DNA of 64,000 nt from Candidatus Omnitrophota bacterium (GTDB lineage Bacteria > Omnitrophota > Gorgyraeia > Duberdicusellales > 4484-171), in the NCBI GenBank assembly GCA_024231025.1, contig JAAEQW010000327.1:16022-80021 (forward strand), read 5' to 3'. Below the pieces are notes generated by a model. It was given only the letters and a program-made list of their open reading frames with translations. It was not told where the DNA came from and did not search any database. How positions within the stretch are numbered: the first letter of the stretch is position 1; each line of letters begins with the position of its first letter. Of the stretch, positions 48,485 through 57,859 are shown in pieces. The translations under genes and the position numbers were made by a program.

Positions 48485-49327
48485 GTGAAAAAAACAAATT
48501 TAACAGCCGTCGCCTTTCTTTTGCTTTTTGCTGTGGCATTATTTTCTTTCGCTGAAACAAAAACAGAAGAACAATTATCTTTAAGCAAAGCACAATCTTT
48601 TTTAACGCAACAGGCTTTTGATAAAGCAATTGAACAATTTCAAAAAGTCTTATCATTAAATCCACAAAACGATCAAGCTCTTTTTAGCATGGCCTTTTTA
48701 TCCTTTCAGCTGCACCAAGACTATGATAAATCTCTTTATTATGCGAGCAAGGTTTCTGATAATTTTAAAAACAAATATCTTGCAAACATTATTGCAGGCC
48801 ATTGCTTAGCAGCAAAAGGCAAAACCGATGAAGCTATATCAAACTTTGAAATAGCCTTAAAAACGGATCCTGACGATGAGGACTCCTTGATGCTTTTAGG
48901 AACTTTATATTTTAGCGAGAAAGGAAACCCTGCAAAAGCAAAACATTACTTTGAGAGACTTCTACAAGTTTCGCCAAACCATGAAGATGCTCTTTTAGGT
49001 TTAGGCTTGGCTGCACAATCCGACAATCAAACAATAAAATATATGGAAAAACTAATAGAAATAAACCCAAATCATCCTGACGCATACGCAACATTAGCAA
49101 CCTCATATGGAAATAAGGGGGACTTTGACACAGCAATCACAAACTATAAAAAAGCTATAAAACTATCTCCTAACGATCCCTATAACTATCAAGGCTTAGG
49201 GCTATGCTACAAGGATAAAGGAAACTCTGAAAAGGCTCTAGAATTTCTTAAGAAAGCAGCAGAAATAAATACTGATAGCAACGTTGCAAAAGAAATTGAA
49301 GCAGAAATTGAGAAGTTAAAAAAATAA
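48485..49327 (+). CDS. TPR-repeat protein with a signal peptide
   Basis: Multiple TPR repeats (AxxxLGxxYxxxGxxxxA pattern) after an N-terminal signal sequence. Confidence 0.7.
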   Translation: MKKTNLTAVAFLLLFAVALFSFAETKTEEQLSLSKAQSFLTQQAFDKAIEQFQKVLSLNPQNDQALFSMAFLSFQLHQDYDKSLYYASKVSDNFKNKYLANIIAGHCLAAKGKTDEAISNFEIALKTDPDDEDSLMLLGTLYFSEKGNPAKAKHYFERLLQVSPNHEDALLGLGLAAQSDNQTIKYMEKLIEINPNHPDAYATLATSYGNKGDFDTAITNYKKAIKLSPNDPYNYQGLGLCYKDKGNSEKALEFLKKAAEINTDSNVAKEIEAEIEKLKK

Positions 49328-49330
49328 AAT

Positions 49331-49392
49331 CATAACAAGGCACTTCAGCTGACCAAAACCTGCGGTTTCGGCAGCTGAGTTTGAATGTTATA
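49331..49392. repeat. REP-like structured repeat, copy 4
   Basis: cataacaaggcacttcagctgacc...ggcagctgagtttgaatgttata. Confidence 0.65.
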
Positions 49393-49399
49393 ACAGATA

Positions 49400-49795
49400 A
49401 TGAAAACAAAATATAAATTCACTTTTTGGGGTATAATCTTCATTTTGTTTGGAACCTTTGGCTTTTTGGCAAACACTCTTTGTTGTTATTTCTATTTCTT
49501 CGAGAAACAACTACCTACCGGCAAAATGGGATCTTTTTTAAGCTTTATGTGTGCACCATCCACTCATCTGTCTTTATCTTCTGCTTGGCCAAGTCCTTGG
49601 AGTATGTGCACATTAATGGTTGCTACTACTTTAATATTTTCCTTATTTATTTGGATAGGATTATTTTCATTAAAAAAAGATGGCTCACATTTAAAGGCAG
49701 ATATGAATCCTGAATTAAAGCAAGCTCTTGAAAATAATGATTTTGAAAAAGCGGCTTTATTGCGTGACCAAGCAAAAAGAAAACAAGACATCTAA
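49400..49795 (+). CDS. Hypothetical membrane protein
   Basis: Two or three hydrophobic segments. The 3' end overlaps the next ORF, so the boundaries are uncertain. Confidence 0.3.
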   Translation: MKTKYKFTFWGIIFILFGTFGFLANTLCCYFYFFEKQLPTGKMGSFLSFMCAPSTHLSLSSAWPSPWSMCTLMVATTLIFSLFIWIGLFSLKKDGSHLKADMNPELKQALENNDFEKAALLRDQAKRKQDI

Positions 49796-50342
49796 CAAAT
49801 CACTACAGCTGACTAAAACCTGCAGTTTTGTGCAAGTGATTAAGGAAAATATATTTGGTGAAATAAAAAATAATGGGATATCCGTAGGGGCCGACGGCTG
49901 TCGGCCCTCTATAGATGTAAAATTAAATGAATTTGGTTTAATTGTTAATGACGAATTAAAAAATTCTGAAATTATTCGAAACGAAATAAAATTGAACGAT
50001 CATGTAATTATGCCAAATCATATACATGGAATTGTTATAATTCAAAATAATATCATAAAGGGCCGACAGCCATCGGCCCCTACGGATAAAATTAATCAAA
50101 AACAATCATTATCATTATTTGTCGCCGGTTTTAAATCCTCGGTAACAAAACGCATCAACACCTTACGTAATACACCAGGGAATCCTGTTTGGCAAAGATC
50201 GTTTTATGACCATATTATCCGCAACAAAACATCATTAAACAAAATACGTGAATATATAACCAATAATCCCATAAATTGGCAATTTGATGTTGAAAATCCT
50301 GACAGAATTGGTAAGATGAAATCAGATACAATTACCGTATAA
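49728..50342 (+). CDS. REP-associated tyrosine transposase-like, second copy, with an embedded GTAG-palindrome pair flanking the HuH-coding segment
   Basis: HuH motif NHIHGIV. Catalytic-Tyr region WQRSFYDHIIRNKTSLNKIREYITNNPINWQF. The C-terminal 45 aa is nearly identical to the first copy. The true start is probably downstream of 49728. Confidence 0.55.
   Translation: MKIMILKKRLYCVTKQKENKTSNKSLQLTKTCSFVQVIKENIFGEIKNNGISVGADGCRPSIDVKLNEFGLIVNDELKNSEIIRNEIKLNDHVIMPNHIHGIVIIQNNIIKGRQPSAPTDKINQKQSLSLFVAGFKSSVTKRINTLRNTPGNPVWQRSFYDHIIRNKTSLNKIREYITNNPINWQFDVENPDRIGKMKSDTITV
49792..49850. repeat. REP-like structured repeat, copy 5 (partial), lying inside the 5' part of the second RAYT ORF call
   Basis: ctaacaaatcactacagctgactaaaacctgcag... 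Confidence 0.5.
49876..50083. repeat. 24-bp terminal inverted GTAG-palindromes flanking a 160-bp AT-rich segment that encodes the HuH motif of RAYT-like gene 2
   Basis: gtaggggccgacggctgtcggccc at 49876-49899 and gggccgacagccatcggcccctac at 50060-50083. The two are reverse complements with one mismatch. Confidence 0.7.
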
Positions 50343-50465
50343 CAACGCACTGCCACGTGAGCCCTTCGGGCAACGTGGCCTACGTCCCGCAAAAACGGGA
50401 CTGCGGCAGCCGAAGTCGCGTTTGACAACAAAGTTGTCATCACGCGATGAGTTTGAGTGTCATAC
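50338..50465. repeat. REP-like structured repeat, copy 6 (long, multi-hairpin; a UUCG tetraloop gcccttcgggc inside the stem ccacgtg/cacgtgg)
   Basis: tataacaacgcactgccacgtgagcccttcgggcaacgtgg...gtcccgcaaaaacgggac...gcgtttgacaacaaagttgtcatcacgc. Confidence 0.65.
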
Positions 50466-50558
50466 CCAATAAAAACAAATTTGATAAATGTCAGATTTAA
50501 CAACCAGAGGTCGGGAGATTAAAGAGTCAGGTTGGCAAGTTGTAACCCTTTTGTTATC

Positions 50559-50969
50559 TTATTGGACTATCTTAACAACCACTTTTCTTTGCCGAGACCT
50601 TGTATCAAAATCAATTAAAACAACCTGCTGCCACCTGCCAAGATCGAGCTTACCGCAAGTGACCGAAACAAAAAAGCTTGTTTTTAAAAAAGAGCTCCTT
50701 AAGTGAGAATGCCCGTTATCATCCGACCATGTCGCGTTATGTGCATAATCTTTTTTATAAGGAAAAAGGTTTTCAAAGGTTTTGGTCATATCTTCAACTA
50801 AGCCGGGCTCAAATTCCATTGTCGTAAGCGCCGCGGTAGACCCAATAATCGAAAGAAACAGAATGCCTTCTAAAATCTCTGCCTTTTCAACCATGTCTTC
50901 TAAGTGCGGGGTGATATCAATTATTTCGGCGTTACCTTTTGTGTCAATTTCTATATATTTAGTTTTCAT
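50559..50969 (-). CDS. YjbQ/UPF0047-family protein (secondary thiamine-phosphate synthase-like)
   Basis: Family pattern DNGHSHLRSSFL...LGRWQQVVLIDFD. Confidence 0.7.
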   Translation of the reverse strand: MKTKYIEIDTKGNAEIIDITPHLEDMVEKAEILEGILFLSIIGSTAALTTMEFEPGLVEDMTKTFENLFPYKKDYAHNATWSDDNGHSHLRSSFLKTSFFVSVTCGKLDLGRWQQVVLIDFDTRSRQRKVVVKIVQ

Positions 50970-51286
50970 CCTACAGTGCTTCCGGGTTCAACTTTTGTGT
51001 CCGTCGTGAGTACAGTTAGTTTTTCTCCCCCCTTGGCCGCCAGAAGCATGCCGCAGGACTCTACTCCTCTTACTGTTTTTGGTTCTAAATTTCCCAAAAC
51101 AACAACTAATTTATTTTCTAGGTCTTCTGGGGCATAAAATTGTTTTATTCCTGCCACCAGTTGAACCTGCTTTTCTCCGATGTCAACTTTCAAAACATAT
51201 AATCTATCTGCGTCGGGATGATCACTCACCTCCAGCACTTTGCCAACCCTTAACTCCAATTTAGAAAAATCCTGATAGGTGATCAT
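50966..51286 (-). CDS. tRNA-binding domain protein (CsaA/EMAP-II-like OB fold)
   Basis: F..LELRVGKVLEV..HPDADRLYVLKVDIG ... ESCGMLLA is the typical tRNA_bind domain. Confidence 0.7.
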   Translation of the reverse strand: MITYQDFSKLELRVGKVLEVSDHPDADRLYVLKVDIGEKQVQLVAGIKQFYAPEDLENKLVVVLGNLEPKTVRGVESCGMLLAAKGGEKLTVLTTDTKVEPGSTVG

Positions 51287-53961
51287 TCCTCCTCCTTTTG
51301 CTTCATAATTCCTTTTATTGTTTGACTTAATACAGAAAGCTCATAAGGTTTCGCGGCTGCTCCCTTAAATCCGTATTCCTGAAAATCAACCATAACCGGA
51401 TCCGTAGAGTATCCGCTTGAAGCAATTGCTCTAACTTTTGGATCTATTTTTAACAGCTCTCCAATTATTTCTTTGCCTCCCCTTCCTCCCGGAATTGTTA
51501 AATCAAGAATTACCACATCGAAAGGCGTTCCGGTATCAATCGCTTCTTTATAAAGCTTTATGGTGTCTTCGCCATTAGCGGCAAAACTCGCCTTATACCC
51601 CAGATTATGAAAAACAATCTTTAGCGCCTTAACTAAAGATGCTTCATCGTCCATAACCAAAAGGCTTCCTTCCCCCTTGGTAACTTTACTTTTCTCGTTT
51701 TTTTTAGTTTCTTGTTGTAAAGACACCGGAAGATAAATAGAAAACGTTGTCCCCTGCCCTTGTTTCGCCTTTACGTTAATGTGCCCACCGTGTTTTTCTA
51801 TAACAGAAAAAACAACTGCCAAGCCCAATCCACTTCCTTTTTGTTTAGTAGTAAAGTAAGGGTCAAAAATTCTTTTCATGTGTTCTTCGGGAACGCCCAT
51901 TCCGTGGTCACTAATTGTTATCTCGATGTATTTACCCGCCTCAAGCAGCTGACTATTGTTTTTACTTAAAGTAATATTTTTAGCGCTAATTTTTATAGTT
52001 CCTCCATCAGGCATGGCTTGTTGGCCGTTAAGCACAAGATTTTGAACAACTTGACTCATTTGCCCAAGGTCAATCTCAACCGAAGAAAGATTTTCATCGA
52101 TATCAAAATCTCCCCTAACATTACTGCCTCTTAAAGTAAATTCGCCTACATCCTTAAGCATCTCTTTAATCGCCGCTGTTTTTTTAATCGGCACGCCTCC
52201 TTTAGAAAAGGTAAGCAACTGTTGCGTTAGGTTTTTAGCTTGCACCGAGGCCGCTTCTGCTTCAATGAGTCTTTCTAAGATTTTTTCTTGCCCCTCTCCA
52301 TACATTTTTGCAAGGTCTAAATTTGTTAAAACAACTGTAAGAATATTATTAAAGTCATGCGCAATCCCTCCGGCAAGAACTCCTAAAGATTCTATTCTTT
52401 CCGTTTTCTGTCGCGTTTCTTCTTCTTTTTTACGTTCGGTAACATCACGGCCTATTCCTAAAACAGCCGTATCTCCTTTCATCTTAACCGGGAATGTTCT
52501 TATCTCTACCGTTACACGGCTACCGTCTTTTCTTTTTACGATAATTTCTTCCGGCCCTCCAGCGTTTCCTGCCGCGTTTTGAGACAAAAGTTTTTCTGCT
52601 TTTTCACTCTCTTCTTCGAGGGTAAACTTTGCTATCAAATCTTTACCAACCAACTCTCCCTTATCGTATCCGGTTAACTGCTCAACGGCCCTATTACCAT
52701 CGATAAAAACCCCCCTTAGATCACTTATATAATACGCGTCGGGCGCGTATTCAAACAAAATTTTTAGCCGCTCTTGCGAGGCTCTAAGCTCTTTCTCAAC
52801 CTCTTCTCTTTCAACAATTTGCCGCATTAATTGCTTATTAGCAAAACTTAGTTCATAGGTTCTTTCTTCTACGCGTTTTTCTAATTGTTGTTTTGCTTTC
52901 TGTATCGCTTCTTCTGCTTTTTTGCGCTGGGCAATGTCACGAACAATGCAAATTGTTCCGGCAGTATCATTTTTTTCTTCGCGTAAAATTGACGTTAGGA
53001 AATCTACGCAAATAAGCTTTCCCTCTTTTGTCTTAATCGGAAAATCGCTGTTTTTGATTTGCTCTCCCTTCATTATTTTTTCTAAAAAATTCTCTTCGTT
53101 ATCTTGCTCGGGAAAAAGCAATCCAATAGTGTTACCTTTAAGCTCCTCCTCTTTAAACCCCAACAGGTTCTCGGCGGCGGGATTTATCGTTGTGATTTTT
53201 GCTTTATCATCTAGCAGAATTAAAGCTTCGTTCATCGCGGAAATGATGTTGTTAGCAACTGAGGCTGGGGTCACCACCAAAAATTTATATTTTGTAATCG
53301 CATAAGCTATTCCCATTGCCCAAATTAAAGCAACGATATGCGCCAAATCCGGAACGCCTAGGAATCCTAGTTTTGGTAAAACAATGTTTACCGATGTTCC
53401 TAACGGAACCCCGATTACTGAGGAAATAAAAATTATTCTTGCCTGTTTTCTTCTTGCAGGATTTGTCGTGTTACGAGAAACCTCAAAAATAAAGTACACC
53501 CCCACCACAATACAGATTCCATAATACGTAAAAAATAACCCGGTCCAAAACAGCGGTTTCCAGACTAGTCCCCACCCATAAGCAGTTGGTAAGTAGTCGA
53601 TTATGGCCTGCTTGCTCCATTGCTGAAAAATTAACAGTGCGGGTATAATGAAAAGGGTTATCAACAAGCCTTTGTTTTCGGCTATTCTTTGCTTTTTAGC
53701 AAACAGTAGCGCAAAATACAAAAAGAAAGCACTAAAACCAAACGACCCCACACAAGCAATTCTTTCAAAAAAGTGAACCATTTCATATGAAACAGCTGAA
53801 CTTTGAATAAAAATTTTCCCAAAGCTCCAGGCAACAAAACAAAAGGATAGCACGGCGCAAACCCGATTAATCTTTTGCTTGGGGTTTTTTACAAAAACGT
53901 ATACTCCTAGAAAGAGATACACTAAAAAGCTGAAAAAATTTAAAAATGGAAGAAAAGTCAT
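51283..53961 (-). CDS. Hybrid sensor histidine kinase (7TM sensor, two PAS domains, HisKA, HATPase_c, C-terminal receiver)
   Basis: N-terminal 7 transmembrane helices. PAS regions. H-box IAHDFNN. G-boxes DHGMGV and GSGLGL. C-terminal receiver LVMDDE...DLTIPGG. Confidence 0.85.
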   Translation of the reverse strand: MTFLPFLNFFSFLVYLFLGVYVFVKNPKQKINRVCAVLSFCFVAWSFGKIFIQSSAVSYEMVHFFERIACVGSFGFSAFFLYFALLFAKKQRIAENKGLLITLFIIPALLIFQQWSKQAIIDYLPTAYGWGLVWKPLFWTGLFFTYYGICIVVGVYFIFEVSRNTTNPARRKQARIIFISSVIGVPLGTSVNIVLPKLGFLGVPDLAHIVALIWAMGIAYAITKYKFLVVTPASVANNIISAMNEALILLDDKAKITTINPAAENLLGFKEEELKGNTIGLLFPEQDNEENFLEKIMKGEQIKNSDFPIKTKEGKLICVDFLTSILREEKNDTAGTICIVRDIAQRKKAEEAIQKAKQQLEKRVEERTYELSFANKQLMRQIVEREEVEKELRASQERLKILFEYAPDAYYISDLRGVFIDGNRAVEQLTGYDKGELVGKDLIAKFTLEEESEKAEKLLSQNAAGNAGGPEEIIVKRKDGSRVTVEIRTFPVKMKGDTAVLGIGRDVTERKKEEETRQKTERIESLGVLAGGIAHDFNNILTVVLTNLDLAKMYGEGQEKILERLIEAEAASVQAKNLTQQLLTFSKGGVPIKKTAAIKEMLKDVGEFTLRGSNVRGDFDIDENLSSVEIDLGQMSQVVQNLVLNGQQAMPDGGTIKISAKNITLSKNNSQLLEAGKYIEITISDHGMGVPEEHMKRIFDPYFTTKQKGSGLGLAVVFSVIEKHGGHINVKAKQGQGTTFSIYLPVSLQQETKKNEKSKVTKGEGSLLVMDDEASLVKALKIVFHNLGYKASFAANGEDTIKLYKEAIDTGTPFDVVILDLTIPGGRGGKEIIGELLKIDPKVRAIASSGYSTDPVMVDFQEYGFKGAAAKPYELSVLSQTIKGIMKQKEEE

Positions 53962-54049
53962 CGTTTTTTTAATTTGTACGTGGCTTCTATAAGTAAAATA
54001 ATACTACTCGGGTGGTGGTAAGTCAAGACGTTGTCGCTTAATGACTTAC

Positions 54050-57000
54050 TTAATTATCAACGTTATCAGTAAAATACGAGGCATTGGCAGGAAAAACTCG
54101 ATAGACAATTGGACTAGCCCTAATAAGAGGAGACATCTCATAATCTTTATTCTTAACTAAATCATTAAACCTTGTTGCCTCTCCTTGAGTTTGCAAATCC
54201 CACATAGCAGAATCAAAATCAATTCCACCAGTAGAGGTTTTTGAATCGGTCAAAGGCAAGCCTTCTTGTTTTATGCCTTTGTTTTCAGCAAAAGCATTGA
54301 AAATATAAGCCTCCTTGCCAGAATACACTATAAGTTGCTTCGTTGTTGGTCTGAAAACTAAGCTCCATGGATGTTTTCCGGAATTAACTTCTACGAATTT
54401 TAATGTTTTGATTCCGAATTTCCTTGCTAAGTATTCTTCTGACTCATGTGCAAACCTCATCGCTCCTCGCATGTTATTGCTTAAATATATAGCCTCTTTC
54501 TCTCCATCACCCAAGTATTCAATATATTTTCTAAATGGCCTTTTCCCCCATAGCCTAGGTGCCTCACGTTTAAAATGGAATAAAGCGTAGTTGTCCGTGC
54601 ACTTATCCCGTATTAAAACCGCATGACACCCAGAAAAGCCATGGCTTCTCATAGGAATCAATCCTTCACTAAGCATCCCTTCATTTTCCTGAACCCATAT
54701 TGTCTCAAATTTATTTTCCAATATATCCAAACCTTCTTTACCGGATAAAACATCAGCAACAAACACCCTTTCTCCACCTTCTTCAGTCAAAAAGTCTGTC
54801 TGTTTATCGGGCTTTATTATCTCAAAACTACGAAACTCAATAATAGCCCGAGGAACATCTTCTAAGCTTAATCCCATCAAGGAAAAAGAGTTATTCCCCA
54901 TCCAAGAATCAAGAAAATCGTTTATATCTTCTCCCTCAGGATATACTTTATAGTACTCATCAGAAACAGCTTTTTTAACAATCGCAATGGCTTTATCTTT
55001 CACCTCTCCCTGCAATTCTGGATTCGTGGCTGTGATACTTAATATTCTAAAAGCACTTTGAGAAGAAAACTCTTCCCCACGCTTAAACACCTCTCCTATC
55101 GCCTCAACAATTTTGGGTGTTACGGCTTGAGGATTTTCCAAAGAAATATCCTTTAATACCGTATCTAAAACATAACTAGACGTACTTTCGACGTCGGAAT
55201 GCAGAGCTTCGATAAAAATATCATAAACTATTTCTTCATACCCCGGTCTTCGGATGAAATATTTTAATTTGTTACACGCTCCCTGAATAACCTTTTCATT
55301 TCTGTGGTATAACAACTCTTTAAGAAAATAAAGAGCTTTATCGAGATCAAAATGAGCTAAGACTTCTATATCGCCAAAAATACTTCTATCTAATTGCTCG
55401 AGGTTTTGATGTTCTATTAAATAATATAGCCTCTTCCGAACATTTGAAAGAATCTTCCTATGATCATCTGAAAGAATCTTCTCTTTTTCACGAATTACAG
55501 CTCGCCCAACCTCCCATAGCCATGCCCTAAATCCTGGCACTCTCTGGGAAACATCACGCTCAAAACTTGCTGCAATTCCAGCATCTTCTTGGGTCGATCG
55601 AAATTCCATCCTTCTAATCTCAGCAATGCTCCCAGCATGTTCACCCCCTCTATCTTCAGCCACCTTAATGGACGATTCAAAAGCACTCATTCCTTGACCA
55701 TAATTTTGGCCCTCAAACTCTCCTCCTTTATGCCAGCGAAGTTCTTCTTTTTCACGTTCTTTTTGCTGTTTGATCTCACCCTGAAAACCAACTATCACGC
55801 CTTGCCCGCCATCAGTTCCAGGCAATAATAAATGTATTACTTTAACGCCCTGGCCGTCTGCTCCCTTCATTACTTCTTGAACAACTTCTTCTCCTAAAGT
55901 AGTGACTTTAAGTCTGTCGGAAAGGATATAAATAATATTTCCATCGCTATCAATATCTTCGGTTATCAAATGTCCTTTGCCATTGTCTCGTCTTTTAAGA
56001 TACTTAATTACCGCCATCATAATGTCATCTTCTTTAGCCTCTTTTGGCAGACTCATAAATTCTGGTTCTTTACTTAGAGCAATGCGGTCTAAAACACCAT
56101 AAAGATGATCTAACTTCTTGGCTACGTCAATATATACCTGAGCAACAAACGCCTCACCATGGGTTTCATGTTTTATATCATTTTCTAAAACGGCTGACGA
56201 CACATTTTGCTCTTGAATAGCATCTGGATTATGGTGGGTATATCCACCAGAAAAGTATTTTCTACTAATCGCCTTATGCTGATACAAGTCATATTCTTTC
56301 TTTATGTAATTATAAACACCAGCCCTATACGCTTTAACATATTGCTGGTAAATTTCATTCTTTAGCTCTTTATCTTCAACGTCCACACCACTAACTTCAC
56401 CTTTATCAGCATAAGACTTACCCAACAAACCTTCCTTTAAATTACGTTTAAACCATGTTGCCAAAACCATAGAATAAAAAGCCTGTCGTAGTTTTGCAAA
56501 GTGCTCACCTTGATTAACCTCCCTCTCAATTTCGGGCAAAATTATTTCTTTCATAATTGAGGAAGAAACATCATTTATTTCCTTACTATTCTGAATATCC
56601 GACTTAACAGTTTTTGCCTCAAGGTTATACAAATTCTTTTTAAAAGCTAAATAATCACTTTCCAACATGACTTTTAAATGTCCCTCTACAACAAAAGCAG
56701 TATCACCATTCACATGGATTAAAACTTTCTCAGGCATAATCCATACTTTGCTAAACGTATTGATGGGCATATCAACTGCACCGTATAATTCATTTACTTT
56801 GGCATAAACTCTATCCCAGAACTTTTTACCTAATTCACTTTCAGGATAAGTTAAGGAAGACATTAATTGCTTAAGAATGTAGTCTTGTGCTAGTAGTTCT
56901 ACTCCCATTTCAGTCATGCCAAGCTTTTCAGGAATAACTCTATCTTTTTCGTAAGGCGAAAGGTTAACCCATAAATCTTCCTCTGGAATTGCTAAAGAAG

Positions 57001-57304
57001 CTAAAAAATACCTCACAAGCTTAGATGTTTCGACTTTTAAATTATTTTCATCAATATCAGCATCGCCAGTATCTACGATAAAATCAAATTTTAAAGGGTT
57101 ATCAGGATAAACTTTCATTCCTTTCAAAACTGGGTAAGAATGAGGTTTAGAGCTTAAAAGCAATTGTATCGGTTGAGGCAAATCACAAACTGCTGGTTCA
57201 AAAAACTTAGAACGCAACAACCCTGATAGAATAGCAGCCCCCAGGATAGCCACTGCTACAATTGCTGCGATTAACTTAAATGAAATTGTTCCTTCTCTAA
57301 ACAT
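54050..57304 (-). CDS. Giant-family paralog 3 (1084 aa) with a conserved N-terminal domain. The rest is uncharacterised.
   Basis: Transmembrane/signal N-terminus. N-terminal domain about 45% identical to the other two (WVNLSPYEKDRVIP). C-terminal GGIDFDS tail motif shared with the 2634-aa protein. Confidence 0.65.
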   Translation of the reverse strand: MFREGTISFKLIAAIVAVAILGAAILSGLLRSKFFEPAVCDLPQPIQLLLSSKPHSYPVLKGMKVYPDNPLKFDFIVDTGDADIDENNLKVETSKLVRYFLASLAIPEEDLWVNLSPYEKDRVIPEKLGMTEMGVELLAQDYILKQLMSSLTYPESELGKKFWDRVYAKVNELYGAVDMPINTFSKVWIMPEKVLIHVNGDTAFVVEGHLKVMLESDYLAFKKNLYNLEAKTVKSDIQNSKEINDVSSSIMKEIILPEIEREVNQGEHFAKLRQAFYSMVLATWFKRNLKEGLLGKSYADKGEVSGVDVEDKELKNEIYQQYVKAYRAGVYNYIKKEYDLYQHKAISRKYFSGGYTHHNPDAIQEQNVSSAVLENDIKHETHGEAFVAQVYIDVAKKLDHLYGVLDRIALSKEPEFMSLPKEAKEDDIMMAVIKYLKRRDNGKGHLITEDIDSDGNIIYILSDRLKVTTLGEEVVQEVMKGADGQGVKVIHLLLPGTDGGQGVIVGFQGEIKQQKEREKEELRWHKGGEFEGQNYGQGMSAFESSIKVAEDRGGEHAGSIAEIRRMEFRSTQEDAGIAASFERDVSQRVPGFRAWLWEVGRAVIREKEKILSDDHRKILSNVRKRLYYLIEHQNLEQLDRSIFGDIEVLAHFDLDKALYFLKELLYHRNEKVIQGACNKLKYFIRRPGYEEIVYDIFIEALHSDVESTSSYVLDTVLKDISLENPQAVTPKIVEAIGEVFKRGEEFSSQSAFRILSITATNPELQGEVKDKAIAIVKKAVSDEYYKVYPEGEDINDFLDSWMGNNSFSLMGLSLEDVPRAIIEFRSFEIIKPDKQTDFLTEEGGERVFVADVLSGKEGLDILENKFETIWVQENEGMLSEGLIPMRSHGFSGCHAVLIRDKCTDNYALFHFKREAPRLWGKRPFRKYIEYLGDGEKEAIYLSNNMRGAMRFAHESEEYLARKFGIKTLKFVEVNSGKHPWSLVFRPTTKQLIVYSGKEAYIFNAFAENKGIKQEGLPLTDSKTSTGGIDFDSAMWDLQTQGEATRFNDLVKNKDYEMSPLIRASPIVYRVFPANASYFTDNVDN

Positions 57305-57550
57305 TAAACAAACCTTCTCCTATCGATATATATATCATTAAAGTGTAACATATTAAATATACAAAAACGAGGGTGATTTCGAAGAAAATGCCTGATTTTG
57401 TTGGGTTTTTTGTAAGCGGTTTCGAGGCACTACAATCGTTTGCCTGCGGCAATACTCGGGGAAGCCTTAGTGGAAAATGCTCTAAATAATTAGGGCTTGC
57501 AAACTCTTTTGCCTGTCGGCAAAAACGAGTTCTCCTCGCGCAACCCCCTA

Positions 57551-57590
57551 AAAACAAAAAACCGCCCGAAAGGGCGGATTTTTTATTTTT
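57551..57590. terminator. Bidirectional rho-independent terminator (ccgccc-gaaa-gggcgg flanked by A- and T-tracts) ending the minus-strand tRNA transcript
   Basis: Perfect 6-bp GC stem with a GAAA loop, T-run 57579-57590 and A-run 57551-57561. It lies directly 3' of tRNA-Asp on the minus strand. Confidence 0.7.
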
Positions 57591-57668
57591 GGCGGGGCCG
57601 ACGAGATTCGAACTCGCGATCACTTGATCGACAGTCAAGGGACTTAAACCAGGCTAATCGACGGCCCC
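57590..57668 (-). tRNA. tRNA-Asp (GTC), CCA encoded
   Basis: Manual fold: acceptor GGGGCCG/CGGCCCC, anticodon stem CTTGA/TCAAG with loop CTGTCGA, T-arm GCGAG-TTCGAAT-CTCGT, discriminator G. Confidence 0.7.
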
Positions 57669-57768
57669 ATATTGTGTTATCTTTTACTGAAATAGATTTT
57701 ATAGTATTTGCGCTTCTTGTCAACCTTTTTAGGCAACTTTCGTTTTCCTCTTCCTTGCTTACAACAAC

Positions 57769-57845
<77 letters not shown>

Positions 57846-57859
57846 TTATTGATTTAAAA

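Noticed and set aside
49728-49875. N-terminal ~50 codons of the second RAYT-like ORF
   Set aside because: This stretch overlaps the preceding membrane-protein ORF and contains a partial REP-like repeat (49792-49850). The real start is more likely downstream, although I could not fix it confidently. The core HuH and Tyr regions are unaffected.
50488-50706. 72-aa plus-strand ORF overlapping the YjbQ-family gene
   Set aside because: It is antisense to a well-supported CDS and has no recognisable features.
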